From Clostridia bacterium (GTDB lineage Bacteria; Bacillota; Clostridia; Oscillospirales; CAG-382), in contig JAFSGD010000023.1 of the NCBI GenBank assembly GCA_017434845.1, forward strand, positions 1,631 to 65,630: 64,000 bases of DNA, written 5' to 3'. The stretch's first letter is position 1; every line of letters begins with the position of its first letter. Shown here piece by piece: positions 18,758 to 27,135 of this stretch. A model generated the notes under the pieces. That model did not search any database and had not been told where the DNA came from. It worked only from the letters and a program-made list of their open reading frames with translations. Made by a program: the position numbers and the translations under genes.

Positions 18758-21031
18758 ATGAAAGGGGAACAGATATCATTGAGTGATATAACGAAACGAT
18801 TTTCCGAAGGAGCAAAACGGGTTATAACCTCGGCGATTTTAAGCGCAAAGGAGCTTGGGCACACCTATGTCGGAAGCGAGCATCTGCTTTTGGGCATTCT
18901 GCGCGAGAGCGAAAGCACGCCGGTCAGGCTTCTTTCAGAGCGTGGGCTGGACCTTGCCTCTGTTCGCGAGCGGCTTGTTGCCTTGGTGGGAATGGGCTGT
19001 AAAACTATGCTCTCGGGAGATGACATGACCCCCGTTTGCCGAAGAATAATATTGCGTGCTTCGTTTATTGCGGGCGCCGGCGACGCCGTAAGCGTAGGCA
19101 TAGAGCATTTGCTTATGGCAATGCTTAAGGAAGAATGCGTGGGCACGCGAATTCTCGAAGAGATGGGCGTTGAGACCGACGAGCTTTTAACCGTTATCGA
19201 AGAGCTTTATTGCGAAAGCGAAGATTCCGTGTCGGAGCCCCGCCGCAACGCTTCGCAGAAGGAAACGGCGCGCAAGCCCCGCCGCAAGGAAACACCGCTT
19301 TTGGACGCAAACGCCGTTGACCTTACCGAAAAGGCGAAAAACGGCGGCGTTGACCCTGTTATCGACAGAGAAAAGGAAGAAGAACGGCTTATAGCGGTTT
19401 TGCTCAGGCGTTCGAAGAACAACCCCTGCCTTATCGGCGAGGCGGGTGTTGGAAAAACGGCGGTTGTTGAATCGGTCGCCTCGCGCATTGCAAGCGGCAA
19501 CGTGCCCGATGAGCTTAAAGAAAAAAGGATAATGGCGCTTGAGATAGCCTCGGTGGTTGCGGGCACGAAATATCGCGGCGAGTTTGAAGAAAAAATCAAA
19601 AATATTCTTGAAGAGGTGCGCCTGTCGGGCGACGTCATTCTGTTTATCGATGAGCTTCACACCATTGTCGGCGCGGGCGGCGCAGAGGGCGCGATAGATG
19701 CATCGAATATTCTTAAGCCTGCGCTTGCAAGAGGTGAAATAAGAATAATCGGTGCAACGACGGTTAAGGAATTCCGCGGAAGCATAGAAAAGGATAAGGC
19801 GCTTGAGCGTCGATTTCAGCCTATAACGGTTGCCGAGCCGAATAAGGCATCCTGTATAAAAATGCTTATGGGACTTAAAAAGAAATATGAAGAATATCAC
19901 GGAATAACAATTTCCGATTCGGCTATAGAGGCAAGCGTTGCGATTTCCTCGCGCTATATTGCCGACCGATTTTTGCCCGATAAGGCGATCGACCTTCTTG
20001 ATGAATCTGCCGCGGAACTAAAAATGCAAAAAAGAGGCAGGCAAAAGCCCTGCCTTTCGGCAGAAAACGTTGCGTTTGCCGCCGAAAGAAAAACGGGAAT
20101 TCCGATTTCGGCGGTCTCCTGCGACGAAACTCAAAGGCTGAATACGCTTGAAAATAAGCTGAAAAAGCGAATTGTCGGTCAGGATAAGGCGATAAACGCG
20201 CTTTGTCCTGCGGTAAGGCGTGCTCGATTGGGTGTTCGCGACGTAAATCGTCCCAACGGCTCGTTTTTGTTTATCGGCAGGGCGGGCGTTGGAAAGACCG
20301 AGTGCGCAAAGGCGCTTGCCGATGCGGTTTTTTGCTCGGATAAATCGTTTATTAGGCTTGATATGTCCGAGTTTTCGGAACCGCACAGTATTTCGAAGCT
20401 TATAGGCTCGCCACCTGGCTACGTGGGCTTCGGCGAAACCGAGGGATTAACCGAACGTATAAAGCGAAACCCTTATGCACTGGTTCTTTTTGACGAGATA
20501 GAAAAGGCGCATCCCGACGTGCGCTCGCTTTTGCTTCAAATATTGGATGAGGGAACGCTTACCGATTCGTCGGGCGAAACGGTAAGATTCGATAACACGA
20601 TTATAATAATGACGGCAAACAGCAGTTCATCTGCGGGAGGGATCGGGTTCGGCGCAAGCGAAGATAATGCGTTCTCCGAGGCATTGAAGCTTCTTTCACC
20701 CGAGCTTGTCGACCGTGTAGATGAGGTTATTGCGTTTGGCGACCTTGGCTTCAACGAGCTTTGCGAAATAGGCAACCGAAGAATAGCGCTGTTTTGCGAA
20801 AAGCTTGAAGAAAGGGGCTTTAACGTTTGTGCTTCGGAAAGCTTTGTTGAAAATGCGGTTGCGCTTTCGCGCGGAAAAAGTGCACGAACGGTAACGCGAA
20901 CCGTTTTAAGACTTGCCGAGGATGCTCTTTCGGGGCTTATTCTGGGCAAGCAGCATAATGATGCCGAAAGCGTTGAATTGCATATAGAAAACGGTAAAGG
21001 AATTGCGAAAATAAAGCAAAAAAGCTATTGA
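18758..21031 (+). CDS. Double-AAA+ Clp ATPase, ClpC/ClpA-like but lacking the middle domain
   Basis: Two Clp_N repeats. D1 has GEAGVGKT / ILFIDELH; D2 has GRAGVGKT / LVLFDEIEKAH. A GGIGFG ClpP-docking loop is present. The start is uncertain (ATG 18758 or TTG 18779). Confidence 0.8.
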   Translation: MKGEQISLSDITKRFSEGAKRVITSAILSAKELGHTYVGSEHLLLGILRESESTPVRLLSERGLDLASVRERLVALVGMGCKTMLSGDDMTPVCRRIILRASFIAGAGDAVSVGIEHLLMAMLKEECVGTRILEEMGVETDELLTVIEELYCESEDSVSEPRRNASQKETARKPRRKETPLLDANAVDLTEKAKNGGVDPVIDREKEEERLIAVLLRRSKNNPCLIGEAGVGKTAVVESVASRIASGNVPDELKEKRIMALEIASVVAGTKYRGEFEEKIKNILEEVRLSGDVILFIDELHTIVGAGGAEGAIDASNILKPALARGEIRIIGATTVKEFRGSIEKDKALERRFQPITVAEPNKASCIKMLMGLKKKYEEYHGITISDSAIEASVAISSRYIADRFLPDKAIDLLDESAAELKMQKRGRQKPCLSAENVAFAAERKTGIPISAVSCDETQRLNTLENKLKKRIVGQDKAINALCPAVRRARLGVRDVNRPNGSFLFIGRAGVGKTECAKALADAVFCSDKSFIRLDMSEFSEPHSISKLIGSPPGYVGFGETEGLTERIKRNPYALVLFDEIEKAHPDVRSLLLQILDEGTLTDSSGETVRFDNTIIIMTANSSSSAGGIGFGASEDNAFSEALKLLSPELVDRVDEVIAFGDLGFNELCEIGNRRIALFCEKLEERGFNVCASESFVENAVALSRGKSARTVTRTVLRLAEDALSGLILGKQHNDAESVELHIENGKGIAKIKQKSY

Positions 21032-21056
21032 CAAGAGGGAATTAATATTGTATAAT
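21028..21056 (+). promoter_or_regulatory. Sigma-A promoter for ylxM-ffh operon (TTGACA-17-TATAAT)
   Basis: TTGACA at 21028-21033 overlaps the clp stop codon. TATAAT is at 21051-21056. Confidence 0.6.
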
Positions 21057-21058
21057 AC

Positions 21059-21098
21059 GGCCTGTAAAGAAAATCGCTTTACAGGCCATCGCGTTTTT
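21059..21098 (+). terminator. Stem-loop terminator of the clp-like gene
   Basis: An 11-bp perfect stem GGCCTGTAAAG / CTTTACAGGCC. The T5 run is 6 nt downstream of the stem. Confidence 0.45.
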
Positions 21099-21118
21099 CG
21101 GGAAAGGAGCCTGCCGAC

Positions 21119-21436
21119 ATGAACGAGGATAGGGCATATATAAGCCGTCTTATCGACGTATACGGCAACGCGCTTTCCGCGAGGCAAAAAGACGTTGTTG
21201 ACCTATATTATAACGAAGATCTGTCTCTCGCCGAGATCAGCGAGAATTGCGGAATAACCCGTCAGGGTGTCCGCGATGCCATACGCCACGGTGTAGAGGC
21301 TCTTCTTTCCTTAGAGCGCTCGCTCGGCTTTAACGCCAAAAGCGAGAAAATCGCGGCAATCGCCGCCCAAATCGCCGAATCTTCCGATCTCGCCGAGGCA
21401 AAACGCCTTGCCGAATCGATAACAGGAGAGCTTTAA
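21119..21436 (+). CDS. ylxM: YlxM (UPF0122) helix-turn-helix protein of the ffh operon
   Basis: 105 aa with a sigma-70 region-4-like HTH (LSLAEISENCGITRQGVRDAI), immediately upstream of ffh. Confidence 0.85.
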   Translation: MNEDRAYISRLIDVYGNALSARQKDVVDLYYNEDLSLAEISENCGITRQGVRDAIRHGVEALLSLERSLGFNAKSEKIAAIAAQIAESSDLAEAKRLAESITGEL

Positions 21437-22758
21437 TGTTTCAAAGTCTTGTCGAAAAGATGTCCAACGCCTTTTCGAAGTTCCGCAACAAGGGCAAGCT
21501 AACCGAAGCCGACGTAAAGGCAGGTATGCGCGAGATAAAGCTCGCGTTGCTCGAGGCAGACGTAAACTTCAAGGTCGTTAAGGAATTTGTTGCACGCGTT
21601 TCCGAGCGTGCGGTTGGCAACGAAGTGCTCGAAAGCCTTCTTCCCGCACAACAGATCGTTAAAATAGTTAACGAAGAGCTTATTGAGCTCATGGGCGGAA
21701 CCAACCAAAAATTGAATATAGCATCCAAGCCCCCCACGGTAATTTTAATGTGCGGTCTTCAGGGCTCGGGTAAAACCACCCATTGCGGCAAGCTGGCAAG
21801 AACCTTTAAAAAGCAGGGCAGAAACCCGCTTCTCGTTGCCTGCGATATTTATCGTCCCGCCGCTATAAATCAGCTTCAGGTAGTCGGAGAAAAGGTTGGC
21901 GTTCAGGTTTTCGAACGCGGAACCGCAGACCCCGCCGAAACCTCAAAGGAAGCTATTAAGCATGCTATAAAATACGGCTTTGATACCGTTATCATCGATA
22001 CCGCGGGCAGACTTCACGTTGATGAAGAGCTTATGGCAGAGCTTAAGCGCGTTAAGGAGGTTACACAACCTACTGAGATCCTGCTTGTTGTCGATGCAAT
22101 GACCGGTCAGGATGCGGTTAACGTTGCTCAAAGCTTTAACGATCTTTTGGATATAACCGGTGTTATTCTCACCAAAATGGACGGCGACACCCGTGGCGGC
22201 GCCGCGCTTTCGGTAAAATATATCACCGGTAAGCCCATAAAATTCATCGGTACGGGCGAAAAGCTCGATTGTCTCGAGCCCTTCCATCCCGACCGTATGG
22301 CATCGCGAATTCTCGGCATGGGCGACGTTTTAACCCTTATCGAAAAAGCCGAACAGCAGATCGACGAGAAAAAAGCGCTTGAAATGGAGCGAAAGTTCCG
22401 CGAGCAAAGCTTCACTCTAACCGATTTTCTCGATCAGCTTGCAACCATTAAGGATATGGGCTCGATGGATTCCTTGCTCGGCATGATGCCCGGAATCAAG
22501 CCTTCGGCATTAAACAATGCCCAAATCGACGAAAAGGCGCTTGCGCACACCGAGGCTATCATCCTTTCAATGACACCCTATGAACGCAACCACCCCGACG
22601 TTCTCAATTCCTCTCGCAAAAAGCGCATTGCCGCCGGCAGCGGAAGAAGCGTTGAGGAGGTTAACCGTTTGCTTAAGCAATATGAGCAAACAAAGGCCCT
22701 CATGAAGCAATTCATGGGTAAAAAAGGTAAAAGAGGAAGATTTAAATTTCCCTTTTAA
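21436..22758 (+). CDS. ffh: Signal recognition particle protein Ffh
   Basis: GLQGSGKTT, DTAGRLH and TKMDGD motifs, plus a Met-rich M domain (LLGMMPG). Confidence 0.95.
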   Translation: MFQSLVEKMSNAFSKFRNKGKLTEADVKAGMREIKLALLEADVNFKVVKEFVARVSERAVGNEVLESLLPAQQIVKIVNEELIELMGGTNQKLNIASKPPTVILMCGLQGSGKTTHCGKLARTFKKQGRNPLLVACDIYRPAAINQLQVVGEKVGVQVFERGTADPAETSKEAIKHAIKYGFDTVIIDTAGRLHVDEELMAELKRVKEVTQPTEILLVVDAMTGQDAVNVAQSFNDLLDITGVILTKMDGDTRGGAALSVKYITGKPIKFIGTGEKLDCLEPFHPDRMASRILGMGDVLTLIEKAEQQIDEKKALEMERKFREQSFTLTDFLDQLATIKDMGSMDSLLGMMPGIKPSALNNAQIDEKALAHTEAIILSMTPYERNHPDVLNSSRKKRIAAGSGRSVEEVNRLLKQYEQTKALMKQFMGKKGKRGRFKFPF

Positions 22759-22800
22759 ATAAAAAATAATTTTATATTAAATTTTCGGAGGAAACCCAAA

Positions 22801-23046
22801 ATGGCAGTAAAAATGAGACTCAGAAGAATGGGTGCAAAGAAGGCACCTTCCTACAGAATCGTAGTTGCAGATTCCCGCTATCCCCGCGATGGCAGATTCA
22901 TCGAAGAAGTAGGCTTCTACAACCCCATGACCAACCCCGCAGAAGTTAAGATCGATGCAGAAAAGGCAAAGAAGTGGATCAGCAACGGCGCTCAGCCCAC
23001 CGAGACCGTTAGAGCTCTTCTTAAGAACGCAGGGGTTTTGGATTAA
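22801..23046 (+). CDS. rpsP: 30S ribosomal protein S16
   Basis: [26 protein letters not shown]. Confidence 0.95.
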   Translation: MAVKMRLRRMGAKKAPSYRIVVADSRYPRDGRFIEEVGFYNPMTNPAEVKIDAEKAKKWISNGAQPTETVRALLKNAGVLD

Positions 23047-23273
23047 TGAAACAGATTCTTCTCGATATTACGAAAGCGATCGTGGAGGATCCCGATTCGG
23101 TATTCGTTACCGAAAAGGTCAGCGGTGATACCGTTGTTCTCGAGCTTTCGGTGGCTAAGCACGATATGGGCAGAGTCATCGGTAAGGAAGGCAAAATTGC
23201 CAAAAGCATCCGCACGGTTATGCGCGCGGCGGCTTCGAAAGAGAACAAGCGCGTTATCGTTGATATTATCTGA
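23046..23273 (+). CDS. khpA: KH-domain RNA-binding protein (YlqC/KhpA)
   Basis: 75 aa with the KH GxxG motif VIGKEGKIAKSIR, in the position between rpsP and rimM. Confidence 0.85.
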   Translation: MKQILLDITKAIVEDPDSVFVTEKVSGDTVVLELSVAKHDMGRVIGKEGKIAKSIRTVMRAAASKENKRVIVDII

Positions 23274-23767
23274 TGAAGCGTTTTCTTGAAGCAGGAAGGC
23301 TTAATTCCCCGCGCGGAATAAAGGGCGAGCTTCGCTTTGATTGCTGGTGCGACAGCATCGAGTTTTTAAGCGGAGTTAAGCGCCTTTACCTCGATTCCGA
23401 GGGCAAACGTCCGTTGGAGGTTAAAGCCTTCCGCGAAACCGTTTCGACAGTTACCTTTGTCGGCTATGAGGACCGTAATTCAGCCTCTGCTCTGACGGGA
23501 AGAACTGTTTATTTCGACCGCGAAGATATCCCCTTGCCCGAGGGCGTGTTCTATAACGATGATCTTATCGGGCTTTCGGTTACCGATGAGCTTTCGGGCG
23601 AGACGATCGGTGTTCTTAAGCGGATCGAAGAGGGCGCGGCTTCAAACATTTATTTCGTTGAAGGCGCCGACAAAAAATATATAATTCCCGATGTTAAAGA
23701 ATTTATCGTTCGGAGAGATCCGAACGAAGGAATAACAGTTCGTCTTATCGACGGCTTGGAAGCGTAG
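23273..23767 (+). CDS. rimM: 16S rRNA processing protein RimM
   Basis: GRLNSPRGIKGELR N-terminus with a PRC-barrel C-terminus, in conserved operon position. Confidence 0.88.
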   Translation: MKRFLEAGRLNSPRGIKGELRFDCWCDSIEFLSGVKRLYLDSEGKRPLEVKAFRETVSTVTFVGYEDRNSASALTGRTVYFDREDIPLPEGVFYNDDLIGLSVTDELSGETIGVLKRIEEGAASNIYFVEGADKKYIIPDVKEFIVRRDPNEGITVRLIDGLEA

Positions 23768-23774
23768 GTGCGAA

Positions 23775-24464
23775 ATGAATTTCGAAGTGCTTACGCTTTT
23801 TCCCCATTCTCTCGAACCGATATTTGAATCGAGCATTATAGGCAGAGCCGCCGAAAAGGGCGTTATATCGATTAAATGTACCGATATACGCGATTACACA
23901 AAGGATAAGCACCGCCGTGTTGACGATTCGCCCTATGGCGGCGGATACGGCATGGTTATGATGTGTCAGCCGGTCGTTGATTGCATTCGCGCGGTCAAAG
24001 CGCGTTGCGAGGGCACGACCAGGGTTGTTTATATGTCGCCCCAGGGCTCGCTTTTCAATCAAAAAAAGGCAGAAGAGCTTAAGGAATACGATAACTTGAT
24101 TCTGCTTTGCGGTCATTATGAGGGCATCGATGAAAGAATTATCGAGCTTGAGGTGGATGAAGAGCTTTCGGTCGGAAATTACGTTCTGACGGGCGGCGAG
24201 CTGCCCGCGGCAATCGTTGTCGATTGCGTTTCAAGGCTTATCGACGGTGTTCTTCCCGCGCCCGAATGTTATTCCGAGGAAAGCTTGCAAAACGGCTTGC
24301 TCGAGCATCCTCAATATACGCGCCCGCGTGTTTTCGAGGGGCTTGCTGTTCCTGAGGTTTTGCTTAACGGCGACCATGCAAAGCAAATGGCTTGGAAACA
24401 AGAGCAAAGCGTTTTGAGAACCGAGAAAAAACGCCCCGATTTAATAGGAGCAAAAGAAGAATAA
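23775..24464 (+). CDS. trmD: tRNA (guanine37-N1)-methyltransferase TrmD
   Basis: FEVLTLFP, DDSPYGGGYGMVM and GHYEGIDERI motifs. Confidence 0.95.
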   Translation: MNFEVLTLFPHSLEPIFESSIIGRAAEKGVISIKCTDIRDYTKDKHRRVDDSPYGGGYGMVMMCQPVVDCIRAVKARCEGTTRVVYMSPQGSLFNQKKAEELKEYDNLILLCGHYEGIDERIIELEVDEELSVGNYVLTGGELPAAIVVDCVSRLIDGVLPAPECYSEESLQNGLLEHPQYTRPRVFEGLAVPEVLLNGDHAKQMAWKQEQSVLRTEKKRPDLIGAKEE

Positions 24465-24494
24465 CCTTTGTTTTTCTTTGTTTTGGAGTTTAAA

Positions 24495-26246
24495 ATGAAC
24501 AGATCCCGAAAAAAAGAGAATAGCTACGGAACGTTAAAACGGCTTGCGCGCGAGAGCATGGTGCTTTCGGCAACCCGTTTTGTTTCGTCGCGCCTTAACC
24601 GTCTTTTTTCTTCGGGATTTGCTTCTCCTCTTTTTGCGTCTGCCGAAAAGGTCGATGATTTCGCAAGTAAAAAGATAACCGCTCCTATTAATAAAAAGCT
24701 TGATATACGTAAGAAATTCGCGATGCCTGCCCGAAACGCCGTTGCTTCTTTCTTTTCACGTAATGCGATAATGAAATGGCTTGCCGCGTTCAAAACCGCG
24801 TTTCTTAACACGTCGCTTCGCTCTGTGGGCATTTTTCTTTTAACCTTCGGCATTTATGCTGCGGCAATATTTCTTTTAAAAAGCTATGTTTCCTTAACCA
24901 TCGGTGTGGCAAACCCCGATGATCTTTCTGTCGCCGCAGTAACCTTTATCGTCGGATTGCTTTTAACCGCGTTCGGCGAGAAGAGTATTCTCTCGGCGTT
25001 GGGAAACGGACGCATAACCGGCGCTTTGCTTTCGGGCTGTCTCGGCGTGAACGATTCTTCGATCGACCGCGCAAAAAACGGCTCTTCGGGCACGGCGGTC
25101 GGCATCAGCTTCCTGTTGGGGTCGCTGTTGGGCGTTCTGACGTTGTTTTTCACCCCCGCGAGTGTACTTTTCATTTTCCTTTCGATTCTTGTTTTCGTTG
25201 CGATATTGAACGTTCCCGAATTTGGGCTTTTGCTTTCGGTTGCAACGGTTTCGTTCGTTCATGTCGGCTATCTTGCCGTTATTGCGGGCGTAACGCTTGT
25301 TTCCTATCTGCTTAAATGTCTTGTGCTGAAGCGCAACCTTCGTTTTGGCAGTGCCGACGCCGCAATGCTTTTGGCATATGTCGTTTTGTTCGTTGCCTGC
25401 GCCGCTTCAAACGGCGGGTTCGATAGAGGCGAGCTTTATTTGTTGGCGTTCGTTTCGCTTTATTTTCCCGCAAAGAACCTTATTTGCTCCCGAAAGCTTA
25501 TATATCAAACCTTTAATGCGCTCTGCCTTGGCTTGTTTGTCGGAATGTCGCTTTATCTTCTTGATGAATACAGCGAGTTTATTTCGCATTCACAGCTGCG
25601 CATGGCGGCACAATGGTTGACCCGCTATACCTTAAGCGCAGATATGCTGACCGTTCTTGCCTCGGCAACGCTTCCGTTCGCGTTTTATTCATTGCTGTTC
25701 GGCAAAAAGCGCGGAATGTTGATGACGTTGTTGCTTTCGATCGCCTGCGCGGTAATAACCGATAGCTTTTGGTTCTATGCACTTATTATGATAGCACTGT
25801 TTATCTTCGTTGCGTTTGCCTATAAAGCGCCTGCGGGTGCAACGCTCGGCGCGGCTGTTCTTTTGCCGCCCGCGTTCGTTTTCGCTTCCGATTACACAAA
25901 TTCTGCCGCCGTGAGCATCGGCATCGAGGCATCATACGATTCGGCGTTCGTTTTTTCGGGCGGGGTCGTAAGCTTTTGGGGCGGTGTTATGGATATCGGC
26001 GGAATCTTGGTGCTGATAACACTTGCTCTCGCGCTTGTTTTGGTTATACAGCGCACTTTTTCGGGAATGCTGATGAATACCGCAAAGGGCATCGTTGCCG
26101 TAAACGGAACGGTTGCTGCATCGGCGGTGGTTATGATAATCTGCTCGTTTATTTTCAATCCATTTTCCGATATTCGCATAATCGGCATTATGTGGTTCGT
26201 TTTCGGAATATGCGGCTCGGTTTATAAATTAAATTCGCGTTCATAG
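24495..26246 (+). CDS. Polytopic membrane protein of unknown function
   Basis: About 583 aa with a basic, roughly 110-aa N-terminal region followed by many hydrophobic helices. SD GGAG precedes ATG 24495. I recognised no family motif. Confidence 0.55.
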   Translation: MNRSRKKENSYGTLKRLARESMVLSATRFVSSRLNRLFSSGFASPLFASAEKVDDFASKKITAPINKKLDIRKKFAMPARNAVASFFSRNAIMKWLAAFKTAFLNTSLRSVGIFLLTFGIYAAAIFLLKSYVSLTIGVANPDDLSVAAVTFIVGLLLTAFGEKSILSALGNGRITGALLSGCLGVNDSSIDRAKNGSSGTAVGISFLLGSLLGVLTLFFTPASVLFIFLSILVFVAILNVPEFGLLLSVATVSFVHVGYLAVIAGVTLVSYLLKCLVLKRNLRFGSADAAMLLAYVVLFVACAASNGGFDRGELYLLAFVSLYFPAKNLICSRKLIYQTFNALCLGLFVGMSLYLLDEYSEFISHSQLRMAAQWLTRYTLSADMLTVLASATLPFAFYSLLFGKKRGMLMTLLLSIACAVITDSFWFYALIMIALFIFVAFAYKAPAGATLGAAVLLPPAFVFASDYTNSAAVSIGIEASYDSAFVFSGGVVSFWGGVMDIGGILVLITLALALVLVIQRTFSGMLMNTAKGIVAVNGTVAASAVVMIICSFIFNPFSDIRIIGIMWFVFGICGSVYKLNSRS

Positions 26247-26258
26247 GAGGTGTCGGCA

Positions 26259-26687
26259 ATGCAAAAAAGAAAATTTAAGCTTAATATACTCGATATTGCA
26301 ATTTTCGTTGCCGTTATCTGCGCTATCGCAACACTTGTTTTCCGCGATACGATACACGAAGCCTTCAGCGAGCCCGAGATAGGAACGCTTTCGCTGACTG
26401 CCCATGCAAGCAATGCCGACGAATCGCTTAAGGCTGAATTCGAAAACCAAACCGCCGAGTTTTTCGTCAACAACGGCAACGGCGGCACCATTTCGGTTCC
26501 GATAACCAAGCTTGAGCTTTCGGGCGAAACGAACGGGGCTGTGATCTCGTTCACCTGCCGCGGCTATAAAAAGCTCGGAAGGTTTTATACCGAAAACGGA
26601 GAAAGATTGAGCATCGAGGGCGAATGCAAATTCACCGTCGGCGAGAAAACGCTAAGCTGTGTTATCGACAGCGTATCCGTTTCGTAG
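26259..26687 (+). CDS. Small single-pass membrane or secreted protein of unknown function
   Basis: SD AGGAGG lies 8 nt upstream of ATG 26259. The protein has an N-terminal TM helix (ILDIAIFVAVICAIATLVF). The start follows the stop of the preceding membrane protein by about 10 nt. Confidence 0.5.
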   Translation: MQKRKFKLNILDIAIFVAVICAIATLVFRDTIHEAFSEPEIGTLSLTAHASNADESLKAEFENQTAEFFVNNGNGGTISVPITKLELSGETNGAVISFTCRGYKKLGRFYTENGERLSIEGECKFTVGEKTLSCVIDSVSVS

Positions 26688-26761
26688 CCTTGATAGATAT
26701 TATCGACAAAAAACAAGGCGTGTTTGTTGGGTATTTCGTTGATTCGCCCATTAAATTCCTA

Positions 26762-26790
26762 TTGATTTGAAAGCGCGTCTTTGATATAAT
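26762..26790 (+). promoter_or_regulatory. Sigma-A promoter for ptsH (TTGATT-17-TGaTATAAT)
   Basis: TTGATT at 26762-26767, a 17-nt spacer, and TATAAT at 26785-26790. Confidence 0.65.
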
Positions 26791-26811
26791 AATCATGTAT
26801 GGGGGTATATT

Positions 26812-27075
26812 ATGACTACTAAGAATATTGAAATACAGAACGAAGTCGGGCTTCACGCAAGACCCGCAACATATTTCATACAGAAAGCCAACTCCTACCG
26901 CAGCTCTATCTGGGTTGAAAACAGCGACCGCAGAGCAAACGCAAAGAGTCTTCTCGGTGTGCTTTCCCTCGGCATATCCAAAGGTGATATTATAACCATT
27001 CTTGCCGACGGTTCCGATGAAGAAGCCGCAGTAGACGGTCTCGTCGCGCTTATTCTCGGCGGCTTTAACGAATAA
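26812..27075 (+). CDS. ptsH: Phosphocarrier protein HPr
   Basis: His15 context GLHARPA and Ser46 context NAKSLLGV; 87 aa. Confidence 0.9.
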   Translation: MTTKNIEIQNEVGLHARPATYFIQKANSYRSSIWVENSDRRANAKSLLGVLSLGISKGDIITILADGSDEEAAVDGLVALILGGFNE

Positions 27076-27092
27076 TTTAATTTCAAAACATC

Positions 27093-27122
27093 GCCTTGAG
27101 CTTTTTGTTCAGGGCATTTTTT
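27093..27122 (+). terminator. Rho-independent terminator after ptsH
   Basis: GCCTTGAGC / GTTCAGGGC stem (9 bp including 2 G-U pairs) followed by ATTTTTT. Confidence 0.6.
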
Positions 27123-27135
27123 GTAGGTGTATGTA

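Noticed and set aside
21059-21098. Hairpin after the ylxM promoter considered as a leader attenuator of the ylxM-ffh operon
   Set aside because: The 5' arm begins only 3 nt after the -10 hexamer, so most transcripts from this promoter would not contain the full stem. It is more simply the terminator of the upstream clp-like gene.
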